A stretch of 64,000 bases of DNA from Amphiscolops sp. MND2022 (lineage: Eukaryota): the NCBI GenBank assembly GCA_964187785.1, contig OZ076412.1:57722001-57786000 (forward strand), written 5' to 3'. The position numbers were made by a program, and so were the translations under genes. Below the pieces are notes generated by a model. That model was given only the letters and a program-made list of their open reading frames with translations, made no database searches and was not told the DNA's origin. Positions 49,639-62,379 of the stretch are shown piece by piece. Position 1 is the first letter of the stretch. Each line of letters starts with the position of its first letter.

Positions 49639-50466
49639 TACCAGATGACGGCTTTTTCTAATGTTTTTTTTCTAATGCAACGAGTACTGTGACGAAGATT
49701 ATTTGTGTTGGCTGTAGAGAGATATGGCTCTAGAAGCTGGAGAATTAGCAATTTTGAGTGTGGACATTTTGAATTTTTGGTCTTTAGTAATTCAACTACT
49801 GAATTCGCAAGAAATTGAGTTTCTCATATGACTCTTTTTCCCGAGATAAATTGTGGAGTAATGATCGTCAGTTTTTTTCTGCCCATATTTCATATGAACG
49901 GAGAAATCTATCAGCATGTATGATTTTTTTCCAATTTCGGTACTTTATACCCAAAAGAGGGGTTCTTACATAGAATTCAACGACGAACCAATTAGATTCA
50001 TAGCATAAGTGTTTGTGGAGATATTTGGACCTTTTTAAAAGTGCAAATATTGAAAGTGCCAAAATGCACCGAGAAGTTCGGAAAAAGTGAATTTTTATTT
50101 TTTGACCTGTCACGAGACTTTTGCAGAACCATATTTTTCGTCTTCTTGGATATCCGCAAAGTTCATCGACAAAACTAATTCCCTAGCATGCGTTGTAAAG
50201 AAAGTGAAGAAAAATAGTGCCTACAGCAATCTAAAGCGTCAATTTTTGAACGTTTTCGTTTGTTGATCTCGCTGGAGCCTTGAAATAAGTTGTTACTGAA
50301 ACATTTCGTTGGAAAATATCCCGGTGCTCTGTGGGCGTCGTATAACTACTATAGTTCTCCAAATTGCCTCTCGATCAGTGAATTAGGGCGCTTGTAAGCG
50401 AAAGCGCAAAAGAAGCGAAAGCGGCGTAATATCTGAATAAGCGCCGACAGTGAAAGCGACGACTGA

Positions 50467-50583
50467 AATAAGAGATTTTCTGATTGGTCAGAAATGTTTG
50501 CTATTTTGGTAACAAAAATGCCCACTGGGCATTTTTGTTACCAAAATAGCAAACATTTCCGACCAATCAGAAAATCTCTTATT
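50467..50583. repeat. Near-perfect 117-bp palindrome
   Basis: 58-nt arms at 50467-50524 and 50526-50583, 1-nt spacer, one mismatch. Confidence 0.95.
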
Positions 50584-50867
50584 GGCATCTCTTACAGTGG
50601 CAAGCTTTTTGTACCGGGCGTTGCACCTGTCACCAATATGCAGTTTCGATTTCCTAATTTTTTGTCTTTCAAATTTAGTCCAGATTATTCGAAAATCCGA
50701 ATTATCCGGGTATGACTGTATTTTGGTGCCGCTACTTTTTTCCCCTTAAGGTTTTCCAAATTTGAATTCCAAATACTGTCAAAACTAGACGAGACCAAGG
50801 GCCCCTTTTGATTTTGACTTTTGCTCGAGATTCAAAAGTTTTTTACAGAAGTTTGCTACTATATGGA

Positions 50868-51217
50868 ACACGCCGGGACCGGCCCAAGTCGGCGCCATAT
50901 CTAAGGCTCAAAAATAGCAAAAGGACTTCAAAATGTCAAAGTATTGGTGAATCGGGGACCTTTTTGGGAAAAAAATGAAAAAAGTCGCAATGCCGAAAAA
51001 AGGGAGACCCTTTGGCCTCGTCCGGTATTGTATGTTACGCGGGAAACATTCTTGGTTCAGTTCCTTGGGTCAACGGGTACAATTTGGCGTCTTCTTAAAA
51101 TTTTGTAGAACTTTTGGGGTAGAACTATTTTGGTCACTTCAGGCGTATCGAAAAAAACACTGACGAAAAGCCATGACTATAGGTGCCTTTTTTCTCTAGA
51201 AAAGCGCCGACTAAAAA
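50868..51217 (-). mobile_element. HINE/DINE-like element, reverse orientation
   Basis: GCCGGGACCGGCCCAAGTCGGCGCC at 50872-50896 and GCGCCGACTAAAAA at 51204-51217. Confidence 0.65.
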
Positions 51218-51936
51218 GAGTCCAAGGACCTTTTAGACTCCAAGGCTGTCAGGTTTGTTATGCAATTTAGTTTTCAAACTTCTGTCTTTACTCAACCAAC
51301 AATTCTCGTCAACTACTGCTGTATATGTTTAAACCGTTTCCTTAGAGTTCCGGTATTTGTATTTCTTCGGTTTTGTTTAAAAAGTGCTGAAATTAGACGA
51401 ACACTTTTTGTTTCTTAGGACTTGAAAATTTAGAACATACTTTTGTCGACGTACTTTAATTCAACATTGTGCCGCCTTAGGTTTGGATGCCTCAACTCGA
51501 GGCGTTGTGAGACTTCATGATTTTTCAACCATGATTGTACTTCCAGTGTTGCTCTGCTATTTGCCAACGTGTTTTGCACCCTTTACTACCTGAGTTTAAC
51601 TAGCACCAAATACTGTCTGCAGAATTTCAGTTGTTTTATTCTATGAATGATTCCAGTTAGCAAATTCAATTAGTGATTACTTTTTTGAAAGACATAAAAC
51701 AAACACCAAATTTCGATTATATCCCGAAGTTTTCCATGTATTTAAGTATCATTCAAATAGTTCTAGATGTTATTCCATCTGTGATTCCACCAAATGAAAG
51801 TGATTGTTTAATATAATTGGTGTTAATTGAAAATCCCATTTTCGTCAAATTTATGAATGCTAATTCATGAAAAGTTATTGCTCGCCTATTTATTTTCCCT
51901 TATCTTATTTAAGATTAATGAAACAACTGGGCCGAA

Positions 51937-52623
51937 ATGTCTATGTACTGCTGTGTTAATCTAGCCAGCGAGAACGAACGTTTGTCCCGTAAAGTGTGTC
52001 GTCTGAAAGAAAAGCTAGAACATGCAAAAGATCGTCTGTATGAACTTCAATCTAATGCCCCCAGTGGAACAACAGACGAGTGTAAAACTGGGTCCAAGGA
52101 AAGCTCGAATAATTCTGAGCTGACGGAAGCTGGGAAATCGCGCGTTGAAGAACTAGAAGAGAAGTTTGAAGCTTCAAAGTCGCGACTGCTAGCAATGCAC
52201 AACAAAACAACGAGACTGTATCATTCGGAAATGCAACAAAAGCAAGAATTCAAAGACCAAGTTCAGCAGCTGAGAACTGAAAATGACCTTTTGCAGATCA
52301 AAAGCAACCAAGACAGACAGAAAATATTAACTCTAGAAAGACGAGTAGCAGAATTAGAAAAACTGGAACTCGAAAGAAACGCAGAGACCTCCAAAAAATT
52401 GAAGGAATTGACAACCAAGAGTGATAAGTTGTATACCGAAAATATTTTACTGCGTAGAGAACTAAGTGCTTTTGATCCGGAATTCTTCGAAGAGTTAGAA
52501 GACCTGAAGTATTCGCTAAAGAAAAGTCAGGATTTGAATGTGGAGTACGAGAAAAGTCTCGACAGATTATGTCGACACTATAAACTCCCGTTTGTAAAAC
52601 CCTGCGTTGAAAAGGATAGCTGA
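51937..52623 (+). CDS. Coiled-coil protein (228 aa) ending in a CEP290 C-terminal-like motif; 5' end uncertain
   Basis: Heptad-rich E/K/L sequence. ELSAFDPEFFEELEDLKY resembles the FDPSFFEEIEDLKY motif near the CEP290 C-terminus. Confidence 0.7.
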   Translation: MSMYCCVNLASENERLSRKVCRLKEKLEHAKDRLYELQSNAPSGTTDECKTGSKESSNNSELTEAGKSRVEELEEKFEASKSRLLAMHNKTTRLYHSEMQQKQEFKDQVQQLRTENDLLQIKSNQDRQKILTLERRVAELEKLELERNAETSKKLKELTTKSDKLYTENILLRRELSAFDPEFFEELEDLKYSLKKSQDLNVEYEKSLDRLCRHYKLPFVKPCVEKDS

Positions 52624-53539
52624 CCCGAAACTGCAGATTCGTATCTTTGTTTCATTTTGAACTGCTTTCCTATTTTTTTCTCTATCGATTTTTATATTTT
52701 TATTGTAGTTAGAATGTCAGTAGTTATATTTTCATACGGAATTTGTGTACAGCTGTTTATATTGTGAATAGTTAAAATTTAGTCTTTGTGCCAAAAAGAT
52801 TCTCTCAAAAATTCCGATCAATGGAGAGTAGTTGTAATAGATGGTGGAGAATCATTCGGCACTTTTAAATAGCTAAGTTGTCTTTTTAGAATTTTTTAGT
52901 TTGAAAGTTCGATATCTATATGGTACCATGTTTCAAACTCTTTGCATTCAAAATTTCCTCACTAAACAAGTTTAATAGATTTTTGCTGACCTATATTGTC
53001 CCCTTGAATGTCAATCTATATGTTGATAACAGTCCATTTTTTACCTGCCAAGTTCCTCGAAAAACTGAGTAAGGACAGTATGAAGAACAGAATTAGGACA
53101 GTATTAACTGAATAAGCGCAGTAAAACTGAATAAGGGCAGTAAAACTGGTACTGTGGGAATGGCGAAGGCTTCTTCAATAATTGGTCTCAAGCATATAGA
53201 AGACCATCGTCTTTCTTTCGGCACTGTGTGACTTCCAATTTACTTCACTAGTCGCTCGTTCCGTTTCTTTGATGTTTTCATTTGGGAAAATGCGTTTTTC
53301 GGACCTAAAGGATTACACCTTTCGGCAGTTTCGAAAAATCAAACATGTCTCGAGCTTCTGTATTGTTTCAAATTGAACTACGATAACACCAATTTGTTAT
53401 ATTTATATCGATGAAAAAAGCGCTATATCTGAGTTGCTGACTTCTTCCCCCAATTCCTTTTTTGATAGGAATAAATTGGGGTTCGAGCTTATTGGTTTTC
53501 AAAATGAACTGTATTAAAATTGTTTTATGACGTTAATTA

Positions 53540-54240
53540 TACAGTGACAAAGATGCGGTGTTTCCAAAATGTTGAATTTTTCCGAATTAGATTTTGGTAC
53601 AGTTGGTCAGTCAGAAAAACATCCTTGAATACGTAAGATTTCCAATATCTGGTGAAAGATTCTTTTTGAGGTGCTCGGGTGTAAAAAGTGGTATTCTCGG
53701 CAAAATCTTCCCTATTTTTGATTGAAGCAGGTTTCGGTAAGCTGAACTTTTGCTCATCAGACGGCCAGTTTTCCCTCGAAACCGATGCGCAATTTGCTGA
53801 CTTGAAAAATTGGTATTCTTAAGAGCTATGCCGGCTAATCGTAGGCGGTCTGAACCCGAAAATTTACGCGGTCTGCCACTTCCTTCCGTTCTGGATAACG
53901 ATCCACCACTTTTCAAAATTCCAAAACACCTCGCAAATGTTCGTTTGGGCATGTCTGACAAAAGAAATAACTTTTCTCGTTCTTTGGTTACTTTCCGGTA
54001 GAGAGATTCAAGTCGATCTCGTTTTTCTTGAAAACTCATTTTCGTAAATGGTTCGAGTGTTTTGAGTTGATATTTTATTCAATTGACAGGTAGCAATTGA
54101 TTCAAAATTTCATCTTCATTGTCTGACATTTCAAATTTGTCTTTTGACCGAAACTGTAAAATCAATTGCCTGAAAGTTAACGTTTTTCGAAGAGACTTAA
54201 TTTCATCGACAACCGCCACTTTTTTAGTCTAAGCTCTAGT
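53540..54240 (-). pseudogene. Truncated Tc1/mariner transposase (N-terminal DNA-binding part)
   Basis: GSGRPRK linker plus a second HTH (SSQQIA...MSKSSAYRNL) in ORF 53611-54039. TA-CAGTG at 53540 may be a TIR end. Confidence 0.7.
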
Positions 54241-55884
54241 AAGTTTTTATTTCAATTAACAGCTTTTAGTCCAACATTTTTGATGCTTTGGACTGCAAGA
54301 TTTGATACAAATTCACGTGGAACTTTCTGAATTACTGAGTTTACACTTTCGCAGTTTTGATTGAAAGTTGTTTGGAATTCAAAGTTTAATTCATTCATCA
54401 ATTTTTGTTATTTCTCCGATAGCAGGAACAATATTAAAACCAACTAGTCAACTTTTTTTCAGAACAATTTTGTCGTGATTTCGAGTACCTGCTGAAAAAA
54501 TTTCTATATAATTTGTTAGGCAGTGAGCGGTAAGCGTGAGAATTAAATCCTCAAGCTGCCGACAACACTTTGTTTCTCGTGCGATAGAACGAGCGAGTGG
54601 TAATGGTGCATTGGTACGCCGAATTCATTGAGATGAAGATATGCTTCTATTATTAAACATGAAATCCAAAAAGCAGAAATTATACTGTGCCCCACAGGGG
54701 CCTATTTTCATAAATTGATTTTGTCCCAAACAAAATTATGAAAGTGTTAGATGAATTTTTTGCTTTTGCTGTTAACGAAATTTTGCAGAGCCCGTAAGAG
54801 GCCAATTTTTCAATGGGGTATAGCTGAATTCAGAAAAGTACGCTAAATACTTTGTACAGAAATAGCATTCCATTCATCTTGAATTTGTAATGACTATCAA
54901 GTTCTCAAATGAACATGGAAACCTTAATGTTTGGTATTTCAGTTTGTTATTCTCTCAAATTATCTATAGCCAGCAGAATTTTATAGGATTAGTATAATCT
55001 GTCAAGCTAATTGTGTCCCCCGGTCATATCCATAACTACATTCATATTGGAACCCTGTGTGGCTAAGAATATCCTTTGACCAAGTTTAGTAAACATCAAA
55101 AAGATAAACTTTCTCCCACACTTAACTGGAATTTAACCAGATTTACCCAGTTAAATAGTACCACTCAACTACCAGTCATTCCTGTATGTTTTCCCGGTAA
55201 TTCCGTCGTACATTGGGAACCTCCACTTTCTCTAAGTGCGTCACAGCTCCTTTAAACCACCGTCCTTTAATATAACAAGAGTATAAGGAATGCTTCTTTT
55301 ACGGTAAATATTTGTTATCACCGTGTTAAACTTGCCATACTTTCATTGCTGAATTCTTTAACTTTCATTTCATTACATTGCGCAATCTTGTGCTTCTTTG
55401 TGCCAGCGACTGGCTTTTGAAAGCCAAACTTTTGGTTTTGGCTTGTTAAACAATTGACAGGTACGTGTCGCGATGAGACCTTTACCGGAGACCAGTGTTG
55501 TACTTATAAATATTCATGAAAGAATTTTTACAAAGAAAAACGTTGGTTTTTCAGTATCATTTGAACTGTTCGAAATATTTTGACACTTCACAAGAAATTG
55601 AAATCTGTGTTTTCTAGACAAATCAGTTCTCGAAAGTAATGAATCAGGTACCTGACGAATAACGATTGGCATAGTTTTGGTTATTGCCATTTTAACACTA
55701 CGGATGGCAGCACCTTTTGTTCACTTTCGTGTCTGGTAATCTTTTTAAATTGAAATTCCTAAAACTAGTGGACTTCATTGGTCGGAATTGAATTGTCTTT
55801 TAAATTATCATCGAATTGTACAACATTGTCTGGGACTTAAGCCATTATTTTTGATCAATTGTCGTCACCCCAGTGTCACCCTAG

Positions 55885-58800
55885 ATGACTCTCCCCCACT
55901 GCGAGGTGACCACACACCAGCCGTGCCACGGCGTCGATTTTTGGGGCGAAGGTTTGATTCCCGCCGCACTCAACTGTGAGAAGTTTCTGAGTGGCTCCGA
56001 ATTCGGGAATCTCACCGACGTCTCCATAGTTTCGGCCCAATTTCACGGCAATTGGACTTTCTACAGGTACCTCCCCGAGTGCTGGAAGGTTTTGGAGTCC
56101 GGACTATGTTCGCTTCTGTTTGCCCCCTGTCGCAGCAAAAATAATCAAGGCCAGGAGTTTTACCACGTGAGAAAAATTCGTAATCAACTGTGTTTAAAGA
56201 TTACAGACAACTGCCCTTACTTGGATTACGTATTCCAAACACATCCTAGTGAGTATATCCAGTTTTTCTTTTGAAATTTGGAATTTGTTTTCTCGTTTTC
56301 CGAGCGAACCAAAGGTGTAGTATTTCATTATGGGATCATTGAAGAATATAAATCTAAGTGGTTTTGGTTCTCATCATCCACAATGTATTTCATCCTTTGT
56401 GACACTTTGGAGTGACGTTTCATTCCAATCCAATTACTTTTCTATCGAAAAAAACTGGAAATAAAGAACAAAGGTTCAGTTTCAATTTGCAAAAGCATTA
56501 TCAATCTGTAGTGTCTAATAGCTTGCTGGAAAATTGAGCTTTTGTGCTGCTTTGTTAGAATTTCCTGAAAACAAATCTGAGTTTTTGTTTTTCTGTATTT
56601 GTGAAATCTGCACGAAGAGACTTAACGTAACCTCTTTTATGAATGGCGGAGTCGAAGACATTACCACGTTCTGTAGGGAGTGCTTAAAATCCAGTATTTC
56701 ATGTGACCATGGTACTCTGCCGTTCCTACTAAGGAGTCACAACCCTCCCCCTCTCGTACTCTGAGACCCAAAATTGGTGACTTTCCTTCAATAAAGGCCC
56801 CTATTGTTGATAATCCGAAATCGAAAAAATGGTGCTTGATCGAATATATTTCCCAATTCGTCGACAAACGTCAGTCATGAAAATTTCATCTTATGGTAAA
56901 TTGAATCACCAAGAGTGAAAAATAGAGTGAGTTATAGTTTGTTCAAGGTTGCTACTTTTTCAGGCTTCCTCTTCTGCGACAGTAGTATTTACTCCTCTGT
57001 TAATTGCGGACAAACGGGAGTCTACTTACCCACAAACGTCCAAACATTTCAGTGTTTGGCGCCCGCAGTCGTGACAACAAATTCAGATTTATGGATCCCT
57101 AAAACTGATTATTGTGGCCTTCCGTGTGATACGTTTCATTCCACCAACATTTCTCTGATATCATCTTTGCGTTCTGTGGAGCTCTTTATCCATGTACTAC
57201 TGTTTCTGCTTCTGCATTTAGCTTCAAAGACTTTGGTGGCTCCTGATTTCAAATTTCTGCGGGGTTCCGCGGCTGTTAATATCATGCTATGCTTGAGTAG
57301 TATCCTTGTACCTTTCTTTGATAACAGTTTTTGGTGTGATCAAAAAACCCAATTGATCATAGTTCAAATGGCCCCCAAATGGACTGCAACTTTTGCTTTT
57401 GCGACTCTCATATCCTGTTCGCAGTACGTTTTACTAATGCTTCACCTGTTTTGGCTTTTACTCAGATTGAAGTACTTCCCTATGTCGAAATGTGTAGCAT
57501 TCGGAGATAAGGAATACCAATCATTGTTGAAGCCGGGTAAACGAAAAACCATGAATTTCCTAACAATCAGCTTTTTGGGAATAGTCGTTTTCCTTCTTCT
57601 GACCACTGGAGTTATCCACCCAGACGTGATTTCCAAACTGCCCGTGATTGAAATGGAAAATGAGTTGTTGATACATTTTAAGTTCTCTGTCGAAACAATC
57701 TTGGCTCTTCTTTTGGTTGCAACTTTGGTCAGCGACTCCTTACAGCATAAATCCTTTAAAAGAAAATATGCTTTGATATGTTTAGTGGTCGTCATTTCCA
57801 GTTTTGCTCGTTTTTACATCCACAAGATGTTCAGAGAATCTATGTCTTATTCGCGCAACTTTTTCTTTGAAAAAATGTGGAAATGTAATCTCATTGGCTC
57901 TGACGAATGCCCGGACACGTTACCTTCAGTACCAAGTTTTTGGCCCTCGGCATCGGTGATTTTACTAAATATTTGTGACTACATCGTCATTTTGTGCATC
58001 GTATTTTTGATGGTACCGTCATTGAAAAATGCAATGGATTTGCAGAGCAGAATGACAAGTTCCTTTGTCAAGCTTAAGCAGTTGCCTTCAAGGTTGTTTT
58101 CAGGAGACAATACAAAGGTTACTATTCTCATCTCGAACCAAAGCTGTGACGGGAAGATTGAGACATTTTATTCGCCCTCTCCTTCGATGAATAATATTAA
58201 GGATATACAGATCGTACGATCTGATAAACAATGTGATGAAGTGTTCAGAAAGGAGAAAATTATTTTCGGAGAAACGAAACCTACTTTTGATACTTTAGTC
58301 AGAGCTGAAATACCTGACGTCACGAGTCATTCGTTGAAGAAGGACCACAAACCGGGCGAAAACAACGGAGATCATCAATTGGCCAATTGCCCTGAATGCG
58401 CAAAAAGTATTCGTGTTGCAACATGGGTCAATTACTTACCCCAACCAGTTCCAAAACGCAAAAGTTTCCTACCTCTAGACTTCTCTGGATCTGTTAAACC
58501 TAGAAATTATACCTGCAGTTGCTCGCCATCGAGTAGCAATACGATGAACCCAATTTTCCAGACTCCCTATTCAATGGCCATCCGAAACTCAATTGATCAG
58601 CAGCAGTATAGCCGACACAACTCTTCGGCGACTCCTTACGATGGTCAACCTCGAAGTGTGCCCGCGTCCCCCAAGCTTTCAGCACGTTCCCATTCTGTCG
58701 GCAGTGCTTCGCAAAATCACAACGCATCCAAAGACCCATATATAACTTTCACAGCCAATCAGGCCCCGCTGTTGGAATCGCATCGTCGAATCCTGAGCCA

Positions 58801-59089
58801 ATACAATGCGAGTCCTGTGACTCAACGGCGAAAACCATTGTCTCCCTTGGTTACAGGAAACAGAACCGAAGTCGGGTTTCCTACCGGCACTCAGAGTAAC
58901 CCGACGACGCTTCGCGTACCGAAGAACCACGAAGAGAATCGAACTCCTTCGGCAGAATTTGAAGCCACCATTGGGGGCACCTCTAGATTATCGTGTTCTA
59001 CGACATCTAATGAACCGACAGACAGTGATTCATTTGATTCGGAAGAGGAGACTAGAACCGAGATTGGCCTTTGCACATCTATTCTGTGA
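55885..59089 (+). CDS. SMO: Smoothened-like class F GPCR, about 829 aa; exons 55885-56248, 56964-59089 (5' exon or signal peptide unresolved)
   Basis: CRD with W..YRYLPECW...LCSLLFAPC...LC..ITDNC (Smo pattern W..L...PRCW...LC..Y.P.C). Linker QCLAPAVVTTNSDLWIPKTDYCGLPC resembles Smo [26 protein letters not shown]. About seven hydrophobic segments, ECL3 cysteines and a long S/P-rich tail. The gtgagt...tttttcag intron joins in frame (2490 nt). Confidence 0.8.
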
Positions 59090-59924
59090 ATGTATCCGTC
59101 GAATGTTATGACATTAGATCATATACAGTAGTGATATTATTAAAAGCAACAAAGCACGCGGAAAGAGTGCAAATAAACAAATCTCATTGGCTAAATAACG
59201 TCTCACGCGCTCATTTCATTGGTCGAGAGCGATTTCCAAAACATCATTATCTAGTTTTTTTTGCATTTTTGACCCACTTACAATTTTTTGATTTCAAAAC
59301 AATTTTGACAGAAAAATTCTCCAAAACATTTTGAGAATCTGACAATATAATTTTTTCTCGAATTTTTCAAAAATCGCTGCTGTTTCAAAGATATTCGATT
59401 TTGAGATTTGCCTTTTGTTGTTTTTAATAATATCACTACTGTAGACATTAATAAATTATACTAAACTGATGCTAGAACTTAACTTTTGACGCTTTTAAGG
59501 CACTAACCATACCCTTAAAAACAGCTCATGTTCATGGGCCAGTACTAGTTTAGTGATTGTTATGATGACTAGTAGAATAAACCATAAAATATCTCAAGCC
59601 AAATGTTTTCGAAAATCTTGGCAGAAATAGAATTCGAAGATAGGTTTGAAATCAATTATTATCATTTTCGTTTTAATGTTTCTGCGTAAGCTGGAATATT
59701 ATTGAAATACTTAACCTTAAATTTTTTGGAAAACAGTGTTTAGACGACTACAGCTATCATGTAAGTTCGCGAAAATGCACGACTCTTACAGTGGCTAGTT
59801 TCTTTTCGTCAGTTCAACTCGATCGGTCCACTTTTTGTGTACTATGCATTTTTACCATAAGTAATTAATACCTTCCATTTTTTTCTCACTGAGACGTCCC
59901 CGGGCCCCCTTTCAGCTTTGTAAG

Positions 59925-60332
59925 CAGGGTCGGCACAAATGAAAAAAAAAACGTTTCAAACACGGCTGAAAAAACATGTTTCAAACACACGAAAAAAACA
60001 CATGTTTTTTTCATTGCCTGTTTTTTATCAGTAATTTATTGCTTATGCGTTTTATTCAACATTCAACAAGGTTCAAAGCGACAAGTGCCTGCTAGGAGAT
60101 GTGTTTGCGAAATCTGGCGAGATTTAAAAAACGCCACTTCTCGACAATGGGGATGACATATGGAACGCTGCGATCACGACTTGGAGTGGACAAAGCACGA
60201 AAACTGTCATTCTTATATTTGTCAATTGAATAAGTAATTGATGGTTTTGTAAGAAAATCGAAAAGAAAATTTTTTGGGAAAAAAACAAAACTTGTTTAAT
60301 TCACGAAAAAAAAAACATTTTGCCCAACCCTG
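59925..60332. mobile_element. hAT-type MITE (408 bp), 8-bp TSD TTTGTAAG
   Basis: TIR CAGGGTCGGCACAAATG ... CATTTTGCCCAACCCTG. TSD at 59917-59924 and 60333-60340. Sits inside a HINE-family copy. Confidence 0.85.
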
Positions 60333-60799
60333 TTTGTAAGACTTTCTTTCGAAACTTTTTAATGTCTCCGAAGTGTCTCCCTTTCAATTTTTCACCGAAT
60401 GGATGTTGACAAAGCCCAAAGGGTCTCCCCTTTTACATTTTTCGGCACTATGAGACTGTTCAAAATTCTTTTTTTCTCTGATATTAGGTTTTCTCAATAC
60501 ATATCCACCAATACTTTTTTTCAATACTATCCGAATTTTTTAAGACCGGCGTTTTTTCGGTACTATGAGACCTTTTTCTCTCGAAGCCTCAATTTTCATC
60601 AAAAACCAAAAATTTTGCGTGCATAGAGGACTCCTTGGGGTTTTCGGAACTATGCGACTTACCGGAGACATTTTTTTGAGATTTTCCGGAGACATTTTCA
60701 CTCAATTCCTCGTTTTTTAGAGGTTTCAGTTGATCAATTTTTTTGCTGTTTCCTATCGGGAAAAACGTGATTTTCGAGTCATGCGTATCCCTTTGGGTA

Positions 60800-61380
60800 T
60801 TTTTAGTCGGCGCGTTTTCCTTTTAAGGAAAAATGCCCGACTATAGCAGTGACCTTTTTTTTCTTCAGACTACAATCCTCACACTGATTGGTCCACTTTT
60901 CTTACAATTCTTACAATCTTAAAATTTTACAATTCTTACTTAGCAAATTTAAATAAAATACTTTAAAAGCTTGCGAAGTAGTATTTTTACATCATCTAAG
61001 AAACTCAAAGGGACTGTATTTTCGGCTCTGTGAGACTTTTTTTTCGAAAAAAAAATTTTTTCCCAAAGGGTCCCCTTTTCAATTTTTTTTGGAGTTTTCC
61101 GACAGAACGGATGTTGAAAAATCCCAAAGGGTACCCCTTTCAGTTTTTTCGGCATTGTGAGACTTTTTTTGAAAAAAAAATTTTCACCAAAAGTGCCCCT
61201 CCAATTTTTTTTGATGATTTGCGACAGAATGGATGAAAAATTTCAAAGTGTCGCCTCTGGTGTGCCAATTCGGTTCAACTTTTGTGTTTTTCCGGTACCG
61301 TAGAAGAGAATACTTGGAAGTCCTTTTGCTGTTTTTGAGCCTTAGATATGGCGCCGACTTGGGCCGTTCCCGGCTTGTTT
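60800..61380 (+). mobile_element. HINE/DINE-like element
   Basis: TTTTAGTCGGCGC (60801-60813) ... GGCGCCGACT (61350-61359), hairpin 61363-61374, then TTGTTT. Confidence 0.65.
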
Positions 61381-62379
61381 TGCACTATAAAATTGATAAA
61401 ATTTTTGACAATAGTGTCCTTTTGCTTTTTTAAAAAACTTAACTTTTTTGAACCTTGAGCGTGGTGCCGACTTGGGCCGTTCCCCGATTGTTTACTGCTA
61501 TCATGTCATACTGTTATTCAATATTCACGTGAACAGATGCAATGCTGCTTAACCGAATAAACAGTTGTTTTGAACAATTAATCGATTAAGCTGAAATTTC
61601 AACTGGTCCAGGCTCTGGTGTACAGGGTTATTGTTTCTCATTGAAGTAACAAGATCTCAGTTTTAGGTTGGATATCATGAGTGAAACTCATTGTTTAACA
61701 TTTGTGCAAAAATCGTGAATTATAAATGCTTTTAGTTGAAAGATTTAGATTGGTTTTACCTTTAAAAACTGGTTTTTCCTCGGCTGAAATATTGCCGAGC
61801 CCTCATAGCGGTGGATGTTATAACATATTTACGCGGGACATCTATCTCTATTTCATGTGTTGACTCGTCTTGATTCGTTGGAATTTTTTGTCCTTTCTAA
61901 TAATTTTTACAGAAAAAGGTTTGGAGATCCCAGTTTACACCGAGCGCTTTAGCTGGCCAATGGTAACAAAATCAGTCCATTCAGAAAACTCATATCTGAT
62001 TTTAGTCGGTGGTTTATGCGATGAAACGCGATTATTATACACTATGGTACTAAAAAGCTGAGTGCAGCTGAAACATCTGATTTTTCTCAAGTCAGAGAAA
62101 AATGAAAGTCTTTGTGAACAATTTAAATCATTTACCGGAAGTTGTGCTTCGAAAATGGTCGAACCTCTTGATTCATTTTTACTTCGCAGAATCGTCATCT
62201 TTACGAGATTGGTTTATCTTACAATAAAGTCATTGAGAAATAGGGTTTAAAATCACGTTCAACGGCACACTCAACTTTCAAGTGTTTTTTGAAAACCAGT
62301 TCTTCTTCACAAAATTCACCAGGAAAATACCGAAAATCTTAGCGAAAAAGACAAAAGATAAATTATAAGAAGCGTCAAA

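Noticed and set aside
55290-55884. Upstream signal-peptide exons for Smo
   Set aside because: Candidate exons (donors near 55461 and 55738) have in-frame stops or lack an ATG in the needed phase. Cannot be resolved without cDNA.
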